Assembly: GCF_009914755.1 (NCBI RefSeq)
Contig: NC_060933.1
Length of the DNA stretch: 64,000 nucleotides
From: the human T2T-CHM13v2.0 reference genome, Homo sapiens
Reading direction: 5' to 3' (one strand)
In this document: piece by piece, positions 13,101 to 25,630 of the stretch
How positions within the stretch are numbered: the stretch's first letter is position 1
Layout: each line of letters opens with the position of its first letter
Translations under genes and position numbers: made by a program
The notes under the pieces: model-generated
What the model saw: only the letters and a program-made list of their open reading frames with translations
Told to the model about the DNA's origin: nothing
Databases searched by the model: none

Positions 13101-14130
13101 GATTCATAATAAAAATTTGTTAAAAAATGATGCAGAAAGAAAAGAAATCCTTATAACATTCTTAGAATAAACAGTTGAAAGTGTTTCCTCTATGATCAGT
13201 AAGAGGGCAAATGTACTCTCTTTTCAACATTATGCTTTTTAACATAACTTGCTGGTGTAGCAAAGCAAGAAAGAAAATAAAGGATTGGATAAGTGCCCAT
13301 CAACTAACGAGTGGGTAAAGAAAATGTGGTATATATACACCATGGAATACTATTCAGCAATAAAAAGAAATGAAATGTCTTTTGCAGCAACTTGGGTAGA
13401 GTTGGAGGCTATTATTCTAAGTGAAGTAACTCAGTAACAAAGATCGCATGTTCTCACTTATAAATGGGAGCTAAGTTAAGAGAACACAAAGACATAAGAA
13501 TGATGCAATGGACTTTGAGGCCTTGGAGGGCAAGGTTGGGAAAGGGGTGAAGGATTAAAAAAACTACATATTGGGTAACTGGAGAAGTATCCTATGAACA
13601 TATATATTGGAAACTGAAAATGTAATTATTCAAATTATAATTCTTTCAAAATTTATATATAGATTCAATGGAATCTCAATGAAAATCTCAACAGATTGGT
13701 TAATGGAACTAGATAAGCTGATTCTAAAATTTTATTTTTAAATATAAAAGGCTAAAAATAGCCAAGATTTTCTTAAAGATGCATAACAAAGTCAGGGGAT
13801 TCATTCTATATGATATCCAATGAGTATGGCATTGGCATAAGGCTAGACAAACAGGGCAGGACAGAGGGAGTGAATGAACAGACACACATATATTTGGACA
13901 CTTGAATGTGGATAAAAGAGGCAATGTAGGAAGGAAGGGAAAAGATAGTCTTTTCAATAGAAGGAACTGGATCAAAGAGATATTCAATGGAAAAAAAGAA
14001 CGAAATTTTACCTCTTCCTCACAACATAAGTAAGTTAATTATTACAGACGAATTATAGACCTAAATGTGAAAGGCAAGACAACATCGTTTCCAGATGATA
14101 ATATAGGAGATGTCCTCATGACTTTGCATT
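10105..14130 (+). mobile_element. Ancient L1 (L1ME/L1M-type) with 5' end, ORF1 and ORF2 remnants
   Basis: A-rich plus strand with degenerate L1 motifs (KSTIIV, DLNNVINKIDLID, CATGAATATAGATGCAAAA, TATAGACCTAAATGTGAAAG); heavily deleted. Confidence 0.85.
13291..13577 (+). mobile_element. L1PB-type ORF2-end/3'UTR fragment without poly(A), embedded in older L1
   Basis: AAAATGTGGTATATATACACCATGGAATAC...CATGTTCTCACTTATAAATGGGAGCTAAG...CTACATATTGGGTA, then abrupt return to host L1. Confidence 0.85.
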
Positions 14131-15104
14131 AGTGGAAATGTTATAAACCTACACCCAGATGCCTGTGCTGATACTGACATGACTTTAATAGTGTGGGAAT
14201 TTGCCCAGTCTGCACTCAATGCCTGTCTCATCCAACCATCTTTAATAAGTCATCACCATGTGGCTACCCTTTAAGGAGCAACTAGAACCACTAAGACCAA
14301 AAGAGAATCCTGACGTCTGGTGAGGTGAAGGAGGAGGGCCCTAGTACCTTTATTTGTGGGTAGAACTGGGCTTCTGTGGCCTGAAAATCTAAGGACCAAA
14401 CACCAACTTTACAATAAAGAACCTGAACTCTGATAGAAGGGAGACAATGGTTACTTCTTTTCATGGATTCTAAATTCTATCTGCCAGTCACTTTTTGTGT
14501 GTGCATTCATTGAGGGTGTACAGAATGGAATTACAGAGGCAGAAAAAAATGAGGTCTCTGCCAAATTGATAGTTTAAAAAACATTTTAGTGGCCTACTTA
14601 ACTGTAATTTGTTTTAGTTTTAAACAAGAAAAACCTCAGCATGTAAGCAAAGCAGACTGGACTTGAACAGATATGGAATGCAAAGCACACAGGAGAGTCA
14701 TGGGGATCCTGAAGGGGGATTAGAAGTTGGACAACTTTTTATGCAATGAACAACACTGCATTGGTAAGATATAAAAGCATCATAAAATACTCCTTTCCCT
14801 TTCTTCTTCCCCCACCTCCCATCCCTAAAATTTCCTCGACCTTTTCTCTGATGTTTGAAATTCCACCTTGGAGGAGTCTCTTTAGCCGAAGATTTGATTC
14901 CTATTACAAATGCAAGGCAAAGCAATGTCATTACCTGCATTTTGATATAAATAACTTAATATGGAAAATAAGTTCTGATGGGAAGAAAGCATGAAGCACT
15001 AACAGGAGTGAAGGGATGGTTTCCACGGGGCAAAAAGGCAGGAAAACAAGGAGCAGGACTTGAAGGACAGGTGCTTCGAGAAAAAGTGGAGCAGATACAT
15101 CTCG

Positions 15105-15300
15105 GCTTGGAATTAGGCAGACAGATGTGGTTCAGGATTGTGGGGTGTCTTGGGGTAGTAACCAATCAGAGGCTCATTTTTCTCACCTGTAAAGTGGGAA
15201 TATATACTACCTGCCTTTGCTTAAGGACTAAATAAAATAATTATGTTACAGCACTTGATGGAATGTTAGGCCCAGAGTAGGAGTTAATTAAGCATTAGCT
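15105..15300 (+). mobile_element. MIR SINE
   Basis: CTCATTTTTCTCACCTGTAAAGTGGGAATA core. Confidence 0.7.
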
Positions 15301-15447
15301 CCTATATAGCCCAATTGTTTTGTTTTCTTTTTTAACCAAGACCAGTCTCTTTCTGAGTCAATTCCTTTGCAATATCTTACATCTATCTATGCACTTAAAT
15401 GCTTTCATTGATGTATGGCTATTGGATGACTTAGGAAAACATTCTTT

Positions 15448-16087
<640 letters not shown>

Positions 16088-16450
16088 GGAAAACATTCTT
16101 TAGAAAAAAGCAGAGTGAGTTTATCTGGTATTTTCTGTCTCATATTTTTTTGTTACTATCTTTCGGAGGAGCTATCAGGAATCTGAAGAAAATAAAAATA
16201 TCCTTTTAAATTTTTTCTTACTTCAACTTGACAATGTTTCTTATCTATTTTCCTGATGAAATGTATGGAAATATTGATAAAACTACATCATGATCTGAAA
16301 TAATGTGAATCGTTTGGAGATGACTCAAGGACAAGAATCTTGAGATAGAAGTCTACATCCCCTAAAAGCAGTGACACCATTTCTTTGAACAAGGCCAAGA
16401 CAGAATCTAATTTATTGAAAAGGAACATAGCTATTTCTTTCCCTTTTGGA

Positions 16451-16695
16451 CAGTGGCTTTTAAATATTTTTTTTCCTTACCACAACCCACAGTAAGAAAT
16501 ACCTTTTACATTGTGACCTGATACACACCCATGCATGGTGTATGTGTGTATCTGAAATAATAGCTTCATGGAATAAAGCTTACCCTTATTCAATTTGGTG
16601 TACTCTGAAATGTTCTATTCTACTCTATTTAACTTTTTAAAATGCTGTTTGAGACCATTATATTGATTTTATGTTCCACACTTCAAACATCACTG
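16451..16695. mobile_element. hAT-Charlie non-autonomous DNA transposon
   Basis: TIR-like CAGTGGCTTTTAAA / TTCAAACATCACTG; internal ACCCACAGTAAGAAATAC motif. Confidence 0.7.
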
Positions 16696-17022
16696 CTTAG
16701 GGTTTTACTTATTTTGCTTTTCTGAATGGCAACCATCTTGAGACAAGATGGTTTTAAATGCACTTAATTTAGTCCTGTTTTCTTTTCTGGGATATTCCGT
16801 ATCTCTAAATACAAATATGAAAAGGAGTTTATTAGCTACAATGGAAGGATATTGAGAAAAATCAATATATGATTGCCCCACAATTTAAGGAAACTTTACC
16901 ATCTTTTACATTCCTGGCCCATTCAAATTCTTTCATTCCTCTCTGTTCCTTTCATATTTTTACCAAAGACTGACTTCCAGTTGTTATTAGGCATAACAGG
17001 CTTATTAAACGGAAGAGCGGAG

Positions 17023-17285
17023 ACTAACATTTAATAAGCACCAATTATGTACAAGGTACCTTGCATACATTATTTCTTCCCAATAACTACTCATGGTATT
17101 TTTTTATTCATACTGTTATTGCATATATTATTTATTCCCAATAACTACTTATGGTATTTTTTATTTCAGACTTTTAAGCTTATAAGAAAACAGGGATTTA
17201 GAGAGATAAAATAACTTACCCAGGGTCAAAAAGTTCAAAAAGCTGGTTTGTGGTAGAGCTGGCCCCCAAACTGAGGCCTGAGTAG
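17023..17285 (-). mobile_element. MIR with an internal ~58-bp tandem duplication
   Basis: CTAACATTTAATAAGCACC...TAACTTACCCAGGGTCA; duplicate units at 17061 and 17119. Confidence 0.75.
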
Positions 17286-19437
17286 GACCAAAATCACTGC
17301 AATGTATTTTCGTGTTGTCAACATAAAAACCACAAAAAAGAAAAAAAAAAAAAAGAACAATTAGACTTATGTTTCTAATCTGCTAACTGTAGGAAAGCAT
17401 GTGTATATGTTTCTCTTTGAATTGTTGTTGCTGTTGTTGTTGTTAGAGTCTCATATATTTACCAATCATTATACAGAACATATGTTGAACTTCCCAACAT
17501 GTATTATGTGTATACAGTCTCCCCAGCACACTATTTATTCATTTAGAGTAGTCCAGAGCTCATAACCTACTTGCGTAATTTTCCCCACAAGGACTCCATG
17601 TTTTCTGTTGGCTTTACAAAGACACTCAGGATTCTAATTTATCTGCATCACAACATTTACCTTTATTAGCCCCCTCAATATTGAAGAGAAAATCAAAATA
17701 AAATGCTTTCCTTCATAACCTTTAGTTCTAAGCAGGGCCCGTTAGGGATTTTAAAATATTCACTTTTGAAGCTGATTCCTGCATTGGTAGACACTTTGCA
17801 TGACATTAAATAAGCTTTGCCTGTTCTAGGAGGCAGTGGATTAAACAGTAGTGCATATCACTTGGCTGAAGTGACAGGAATAAAGAACAGAATGCATCCA
17901 CTCCTCCAGTCTCATTAAGCTGCCTCTTTCTCCTGAAATTGGATTGGGATTCCAGGACACCTCTCAACCTACAGGAAACACTGGATCTAAAGCTGAAACA
18001 GGTACCCAGTGCCATTTGAAAAATTAACTGCTCTATTGAAATGTAATCTACATACCATAACCCAGTACAGTTTCTACCCACAACAAAATCCCTGATTCTG
18101 GAACTTAAAATGAAAGGAATAATAAACATAAATTTCATGCTTTCACTAGCTTGCACTCAATCAGTCTCGCTTATAATTTTGCTGTCTCCCTCTTTCCCAC
18201 TCCCCCCTCCCACCCCACTGCCCTTCTACCAGGTGCTCCTCATATACTATATCGACACGTCCACTCTGCTATTTCCACTTACAGGCTTTCAAGAATTCCT
18301 TACTGATTATGTTTTATTTCAGGGTAGGGGCAACTATAAAATAGCATCATTATACTTGAACACACAGCTATCCCTGTGTTAGGACAGAATTAGAGGTACA
18401 CCTGGTGCTTTCTCTCTAGAGGAAAGCAAAGTGGTAAGAACAATGAAATTTCAGGTATAGTCTTGCACATTGCCATTAACAGTGAATATCAAGTGTTTCT
18501 TCACAGAGTTTTGAATGGTGGTATGGATGGAGATGAACGCCAGTGTAGTGACTAGGCGAAAGTTGAGATTACCATCGTACACAGGATGCCACAGTGGCAC
18601 ATTGGAATCATCAGTGTTATTTTCTGAGTAATGTCTTCAATGGTGGTGATGTCTTTCTTAAGTTTTGATAGTCCTTCCACTACCTCTCTAGCTCATCCCA
18701 GGCTGGCAGACATATAAACATTGTTTAGGATCCAAAAGATCCTGTGAAAAATAGAACAGTTTAACTGTGGTTTCCTCACATTAATTGTGAGCCTATGTGA
18801 TTCTCAAGTTAGAGTGGGAGATCCCATATGATAGAATGCTCTCCTGGAGATGAATTGATTTGTGTTTTTGACTCCATATGAGAAGGGACATGCCAGATAA
18901 CCAACTTTGGAACTCACATTTGGGAGGAAGGGTTAAGAGGAAGTCCTGGCACCACTGAAGTGAACTCTACTTCCGGAGGTAGGTGCAGGACACGTGGCCC
19001 TGCGGTAATGGTAAGAAGGCCAGTGTACCCAGCAATTACGGGGGACAGGCAACATAGAAGCTGCCTCTTGAAACAAGTTGTCTTTCACCCTGAAAAGGAG
19101 GTATCATCAGGCAACTTACGCTTTAGGTTGGAAAAGTGAAAGTTATATAAATCCTGACTATAGATTCCTGAAAGGAACAGAGGCCATTGGAAAAGCTGAA
19201 GAAGAAAAACTATAGGGAACTTTTGGCTGTGATTAAAATGGAGGGAGCTACATCTCTGAAAGGACTGCAGAGGCCTGAATGGGAATCTGCATAGTGAGGC
19301 AGTATTTTAGAGTGACCAAGAATCTTCCATGGGCCCGCAAAGGGCAGATTCGCAGTAGCAACACGATGTTTAAGTTGTACTGACATTTTTGGACTACGTA
19401 AGACCCAGGATTTTGGGGATAATTTATGGAGACAAGA

Positions 19438-19923
19438 TGTATCTGTTTTCTGTTGCTGCTATAACCAATTACCACAAACTTAGTGGCTTAAAACGATACA
19501 AATTTATTATCTTACAGTTCTGTAGGTTTGAAGATTGAACTGGGTCTCACAGGGCTCAAATAGGGGTGTAGTCAGGGCCACATCCCTCTGGAGACTCTAG
19601 AGGCGAATCTGTTTCTTTCCCTTTGCAGCAATTGAGGACTGCCCACATATTTTGGCTGGTGACCCCTTCCTTCAGCAGTGAGGCTGAGACCTTCTTACAC
19701 TGCTGCCTCTGGTTCTTTTTCTTCTGCCTCTCTCTTCCACTCATAAGAACCCTTTTGATTATATTGAGCTCACTTGGATATTTCTCCCATTTTTAGGTCA
19801 GCTGGTTGCCAATCTTAATGCCATGTGCAACCTTAATTCTCCTTTGCCATGAAACCTAATATTCACAGGTTCCAGGGTATAGGGAACACATCTACTGGGA
19901 GGGCCTCTATTCTGCCTACCACA
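19438..19923 (-). mobile_element. MLT1D-like MaLR solo LTR
   Basis: TG...CA termini; TTACCACAAACTTAGTGGCTTAAAAC and TATTCTGCCTACCACA match the reverse MLT1C/D consensus; near-matching 5-bp flanks CAAGA/CAAAG. Confidence 0.9.
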
Positions 19924-20013
19924 CAAAGGAATCCAAACAGAGAGATACTGAATTTCCTGGTAATACCGTAGGTAGTAGGTAAGAGTGCAGGCAGGCTAAG
20001 GTATAGATTCAGC

Positions 20014-20199
20014 CCTGGTTCCCAACACTAGCTGCATATATAATCCTGTGAAAGCCTTAAAAATGCAAATGACCAGATTACACCCTCAGACATTCTAATG
20101 TAATAGATTTGGTATGGGTTCCAGACATTGTAATATTGGGATACATAGATCTGGATAACCCAGGTGATTTTTATGTGCAGGCAGGATTGAGAATCACTG
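20014..20199. mobile_element. MER5-type MITE
   Basis: CCCAGGTGATTTTTATGTGCAG...TTGAGAATCACTG end. Confidence 0.75.
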
Positions 20200-20722
20200 A
20201 TTTAGGATGAGGAAGTCGATACCTTAACTCTAGAAGGTGAGGACAGAAATCCAGAGCACTCATGTCCTAGAATTCTGTTCTTTTCTAATTTCCATCAGGT
20301 ATTTTAGTTACATATCCTGTCCCACTTCTTTAATTTACCTCTAGCTATCAAATTTAATATATGAGCTTTAAGTATTATTAGAAGAAATATATGCTTAGAA
20401 AAAATGTTATTCTTAATTGCACTTTATACATTTTAATTTACTCTTCTGATCTGTCTAAACTTGTTTTCCAAAAATTGTTTTAACTAAAAAACTATATCAT
20501 TAAGAGTTTATCAATAATAGTTTATTTCATGATCTATACCTCGCTCATTTGTAATGAAGAGTTAAACTATGTTTCATTTACCTTAATGAAATCTATTTTC
20601 ATGTAGCTTCACTCTACAGTGTTTACTTCATAAACACTTCATGGTATTTGAATCGGTTTATGCATTTTCTATTTTGTTACTTTTCTTATTTTATTTCGTT
20701 CTTGCATATAAAATTGTTGGTA

Positions 20723-20736
20723 GTTGCCATGGCAAT
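20723..20736. promoter_or_regulatory. RFX X-box motif
   Basis: GTTGCCATGGCAAT, 13/14 match to the palindromic consensus GTTGCCATGGCAAC. Confidence 0.6.
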
Positions 20737-20766
20737 TCTAATTGATTTCTTTCTGCTGTTTTGCAG

Positions 20767-21004
20767 GCTTTTAAAAAGATTTGCACAATACATCCTTCAT
20801 ATTGTTATTTTTATCTCTGTAAGTTTGTAATGGCCTCTAAAAAAGAAAGCTGTGTAACAAGAGCATCAGATGTTACTTTGCTCACTGTTGAAGGCGGTGA
20901 AGAACAGAAGAAAACTAGGAAGAAAACCAAGCTGGGAAGGGCAATGAAGGAACAGGTTAGAGTTCAAAAGTAAAAGTACGTTCCACACAAAGGAAAGATT
21001 TCAG
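20767..21004 (+). other. Candidate spliced exon (238 nt), probably lncRNA; contains a 47-codon ORF at 20830-20973
   Basis: Branch TTCTAAT (20736), TTTCTTTCTGCTGTTTTGCAG|G acceptor, CAG|GTACGT donor; alternative donor CAG|GTTAGA at 20955. Confidence 0.4.
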
Positions 21005-21008
21005 GTAC

Positions 21009-21080
21009 GTGAGTCAGCGGCAATGCAAGGGCAAGAGATGTGCTTTTAGAGAGAATTGAACTTGTCAATGTGACTCAGCT
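21009..21080. promoter_or_regulatory. Paired AP-1/ARE (NF-E2/MAF-like) motifs
   Basis: GTGAGTCAGC (~21009) and GTGACTCAGC (~21070). Confidence 0.45.
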
Positions 21081-22567
21081 CTGGAAGACCAAAAAATTAT
21101 GGAGGGAGAGGCAGGAGAGGGAAACCAGGTGAAATGTCACCATTTTCTTTGTTTATCTTCTGGTGGATCTCAAAATCTTCTGTTATTCACATACACACAC
21201 GAGCATGCACTCATGGAATGCGTCAGTATATCTATTGTCAAAATCAGCTCACAGTCTCATTTCAGTAAAACAGAAATGTGATCCCTCACAAGATGCTGTG
21301 TTGCTGATTAACTGCCTTCTTCTAGGAGATGAGCTACAGTGTCATTTTCAGTCCTAGAGATCATAAGAAAAAGAAGAAAGGCTCTTGGGGATCTGAAATG
21401 AATTAGATTTGATTTTACAGTTACTGTAAAACTCCAGAAAATTTACATTTGTTTTACTTACACCATATATTTTTTCCAAAAGTTAATCTCTATGGACTGC
21501 AGACAAACATGTTAAGTTAAAATAACAAATAACTCTTCTAGAGTAGAAAATGGGTAAATTTTAGACACAGACATGTGCACTAAGATGTCTGCACAATGAT
21601 TAAAGTTTAGTTGTGAATTTGCCTTTGAGATTCCCATTGGCCAAAGTGAAGAGAAAAGCATGATCAGAATCAAGACTCAAAGTGCCTAGAAGGAAGCATT
21701 TGTCAGGTACGCTGGAAAAAAACAATATTTCCAAGAATTGAGATGGAAGAAATTTCTCCAAGGAGAGGATATTTTAATATAATAGACAATGGCCTCAACA
21801 ATATCCCTGCAATATGAAACAGTAGGTTTCACATAGCCACTTTTAAATATTTTTCATCAAGTGAAGTGAAGGGCATAATGCTGGCACACAACTGAGAAAC
21901 AGCTATTAAATGAGGGGGAAAAGTTCTGAAGACCAAATATTCTGCTCTTGGATTACCTTGGTGATCAGAAAGTGACTCTATGTGGACAGGACTATGTAGC
22001 TAGCATACCTGTTTTAGAGAACACTTGTGCCCCATCCCATTGCATGGCAAAATCAAGAGATTTGATGAGGCTGTACCCTATAACCATTTCAGATCCTCAA
22101 CTTTATGACAAAGAAACATCACCTCATCCTCATTCACTCAGATGAAAAAAGATCTTGGTGATAGTAAAAATGATATATCTGAGGAACCATTATAAAAATT
22201 ACATTGCACAGGCTTATGTGAAATATGCAAAAGCTTTGAAAAATAAGTGCCTAGAATAATCCCCCGTAAAACTTTTAGATAGATTATTATGACCCTATTC
22301 TTCTGGTACAAACATAAATGTGTTTCTGATAAATGTATTTTATTATGTTTTGCTTCATATGAACACCCTATTATAAATTCAGGATGGTTAAAAGCAAACT
22401 TTAAGACCCCTCTCTTCCTCTGGCAGTCAGGACAAGGTTTTTTAAACCAAAAACATATGTTTAAATTTAGCTCCACATGTGCCAGCTAGCTATTGACTGA
22501 ACACTGACATGTGTTTGAGCTCTAGGGATCTCAAATCTCTCTCTGCTTCTCTCCTCAGTTCTCTTAC

Positions 22568-22678
22568 ACCACACATCTCTCTCTCTCTTTCTCTCTCACA
22601 CACACGCACTCTCTCACACATACACACACTCACTCTCTCTCTCTCTCACACACACACACACATGCATACACACACACC
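22568..22678. repeat. Compound (CT)n/(CA)n microsatellite
   Basis: Directly visible. Confidence 0.95.
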
Positions 22679-23019
22679 ACATATTGGGAATTCAGAAATT
22701 TAGCAGGTAATAGACCTAGTATTCAGAGCAAACACTGTCCCTGATGAAAAAAACAGTATGGAATGATTCTTGGCAAATTCTGAATACCCCTTGAGCTTGT
22801 CTTGTTCATTAGCAAATTGTTTTCCTGTAACTGTTTCTCAGTTATGTACATGACATACCAAAAATAGTGATTTTCTCAATCAGTTGCTTCCTAGGTAAGT
22901 AAACATTCCACTGGTGGAGTACTGTTAGCAAATTACAGTGGAAATACAGCTTCGAAAACAGTCTAGTTTTGTTTCTCTTGGTTACTAAATCCTGGGTCAG
23001 GTGGCCTTGGTAAGGTGCT

Positions 23020-23371
23020 TTGCAGGCCGCAATGACGGGGAGCAATTTGACCCAGGGCCCCAGGTGGGACCTTCTAAAATTCAACCCCACACCTGTGAGT
23101 TGTGCCTGGCCATGCTTCCCAGGATGATTCCAGCCATTGGCTTCATGGGGCAGGCATACTGAGGCAGGCTCATTCCTGGAGACACAGGACTCCCTGGCAG
23201 CCTTGCTACCTCAGATGCTTCTACTCAACCTGTCCTTTTTCTTTCCCCTATACTCAGTGCCAGACTTGCATACGGTCTCCCATTTTCTCTCACACAGACG
23301 GTTCTGCCAATAAAACCGTTGCTTGTTTACCTCTGTCCTAGCAGCTATGTCCTGAAGGACCAAGACTGACA
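23020..23371 (+). mobile_element. LTR16-family ERVL solo LTR
   Basis: GAGGCAGGCTCATTCCTGGAGACACAGGACTCC, AATAAA at 23309, terminal GGACCAAGACTGACA. Confidence 0.75.
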
Positions 23372-25159
23372 TAATACACTCTGTTTAGTTTTAAAGGTAA
23401 ATTGTTTACCTACACTTAAGGAAGTACATCTCCACACACTCAAAGAATGTGGCTCTAAATTAGTCTCCTGCTGAAAATGCCTAACATTGCCACTCAGATT
23501 TGGACTCTAGATTGTGACAGATTAAAATTCCTTATAAATGACTTTTTTTCAAAATAAATTCCTAATTCATTCTCTTCTCCAAGAAGCCACAGTGCTTCCT
23601 CTAATCCTAAAGTCATCAGTAGACAATCCATCCTTCCCAATAATGCTGAGATTTTGTTTTCTAGAACCCTGCACTCAGATAAATTATACCTATAAATTGT
23701 ACCAATTAGAATACATTTTGTGGCCTAAACCTCAACCTTTCATTTGATTGGCAATACTGGCAATATATAGCCTTATCTTGTCACCTAAGTGAGAGATCCA
23801 TTCTGAACTAATGTGGACATGTCAGTATAAGTTGAAGACCACTCAAGGAAATGCAGCCTTTTTGGGTTCTCTGAAGTAAGTAGTAGCCAAACTCTTTTCT
23901 CTCTCCTAATTAGGAACCACCTAAAAACAGACAACTGAGTCAGATAGAGGCCAAAAGATCAGCTTTTACATATTCACTAGACCTTGCATCTAGGCCATGG
24001 GTAACTATTTGCCCATCCAACCCAAAGTAGTGCAAACAGAAGACCTCTGGCCTAGAGCTCTAGGCCAGAGCATGGCAGAGAATGGTTTATGCATGGAGAG
24101 AATGCTGTATGTGGCCAATGGGCAAATTCCAGAGAAAAGGGCAAGTACCATCTGAGAACAGACCGGCTTAAAAACAAAAGCACAGAAGAGGTTTCGTTTG
24201 TTCTTGACCTCACAACTGAGATGTTAGTATTCCTTTATTGGGAAGCGAGAGAGAGAGACAGAACGATGCTTCTTAATTCTTTTAAAACCACAGCAATTTT
24301 ATTTTGTGGGCCATGGTGAAAAGTCAGAGAGAGGCAAATAGCTTGTGCTACAAAACCCCAAGCCCTGATCTGCCCATGGGGAAGTCAGTGGCATCAACCT
24401 TTCATGTAAAGGACAGAACGTCACCAGGCCACCTTAGCCATGGGGACAGTCAGGATAGTCATTGCACAGAAAACAAAGAACTCTTCTTTCCTTCATTTTA
24501 TTACTATTCACATGTTTCAGAACAATTCATTCAAGATTCACATAAAGTTAGCTATGGGCTTTTCTAAATAGAGCTCTTACATCTTAAAAATAAATCCAAG
24601 GCTTTTAAAACTCTGTAATTATCTTGTCTATTATCTCATCTGCTGCTTCATCTTTCATTCCCTCCCTTGATCTTTTTTATCTGTATGGGGGGTTGCCATT
24701 TTTGCATAGCTTTTAAAGCAAATTCTGGATATTTTCAGAGATGGGGGGAGGGGTAGGAGAATAGATATGTCACAATTCATGCTACTTACTCATTTTTCTG
24801 GAAATTAACTCCTCAAGCACCTGATGAGTTATAGGCATCTGGGCATTAGATTTTGAATAAGAATTTTAATTTTATTATTTCATCGCTGTGATCACACTTA
24901 ACAATGAAAATTCTTACAGTTTCCTGAACTATGGTATTTATGCCTTCACTTAAATAACATTTTAAAACTGCATATTTTCAGGGACTCCATTCTTAATGAT
25001 TTTTATAACTAACTTAGAGTTTAGTGACCTCTGTAAAGTAAATGTACTTTTCTGATGGGGGAAAACGTATAGAAAAAATGTGGTATGTCTCTGAAAGGAA
25101 ATCCTTTTTGGCTAAAATATTACTTAAGTAGATGTAAATTTATGCATAGTTTTCTGATT

Positions 25160-25630
25160 TAAAAAGTATTATATGCTCATGCAAAATTTAGAAATTACAA
25201 AAAATATAAGAGAACAAAAAAATATAGTAGAATAAGAATAGTTTTTAAAATTATCATTTGATCCAAGCGTTATTAATATTTTGGTATCTTTCTAGTATTT
25301 TACACCCTCCACACACATACAACATTTATAAATTTTGAGTCATACTAAACAGTTTTATATTCTTTTTTTCTCAACGTTATATTGTGAGCATTTTTCTATG
25401 TCATTATGTAGACATTAAAATATGTTTTTAATGACAGCATATATAAGAATGAGTCAAGTGTTTTACTAAACCACTCTTAGATATATAACGTTTGTTATTC
25501 CAAAAATTTTGCCATTATAAATGATACTGTTATAAACATTTTTATGCAAAGTGTTTTTTTTACCATATTGCTTATTAGTGTCATAGGAAATAAAATTACT
25601 GTGTTAAAAGGAATAAATATTTTAAAAGCA
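25160..25630 (-). mobile_element. L1ME-type 3' fragment
   Basis: TTTTGCCATTATAAATGATACTG...AAACATTTTT...AATTACTGTGTTAAAAGG, reverse old-L1 3' motifs. Confidence 0.65.
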
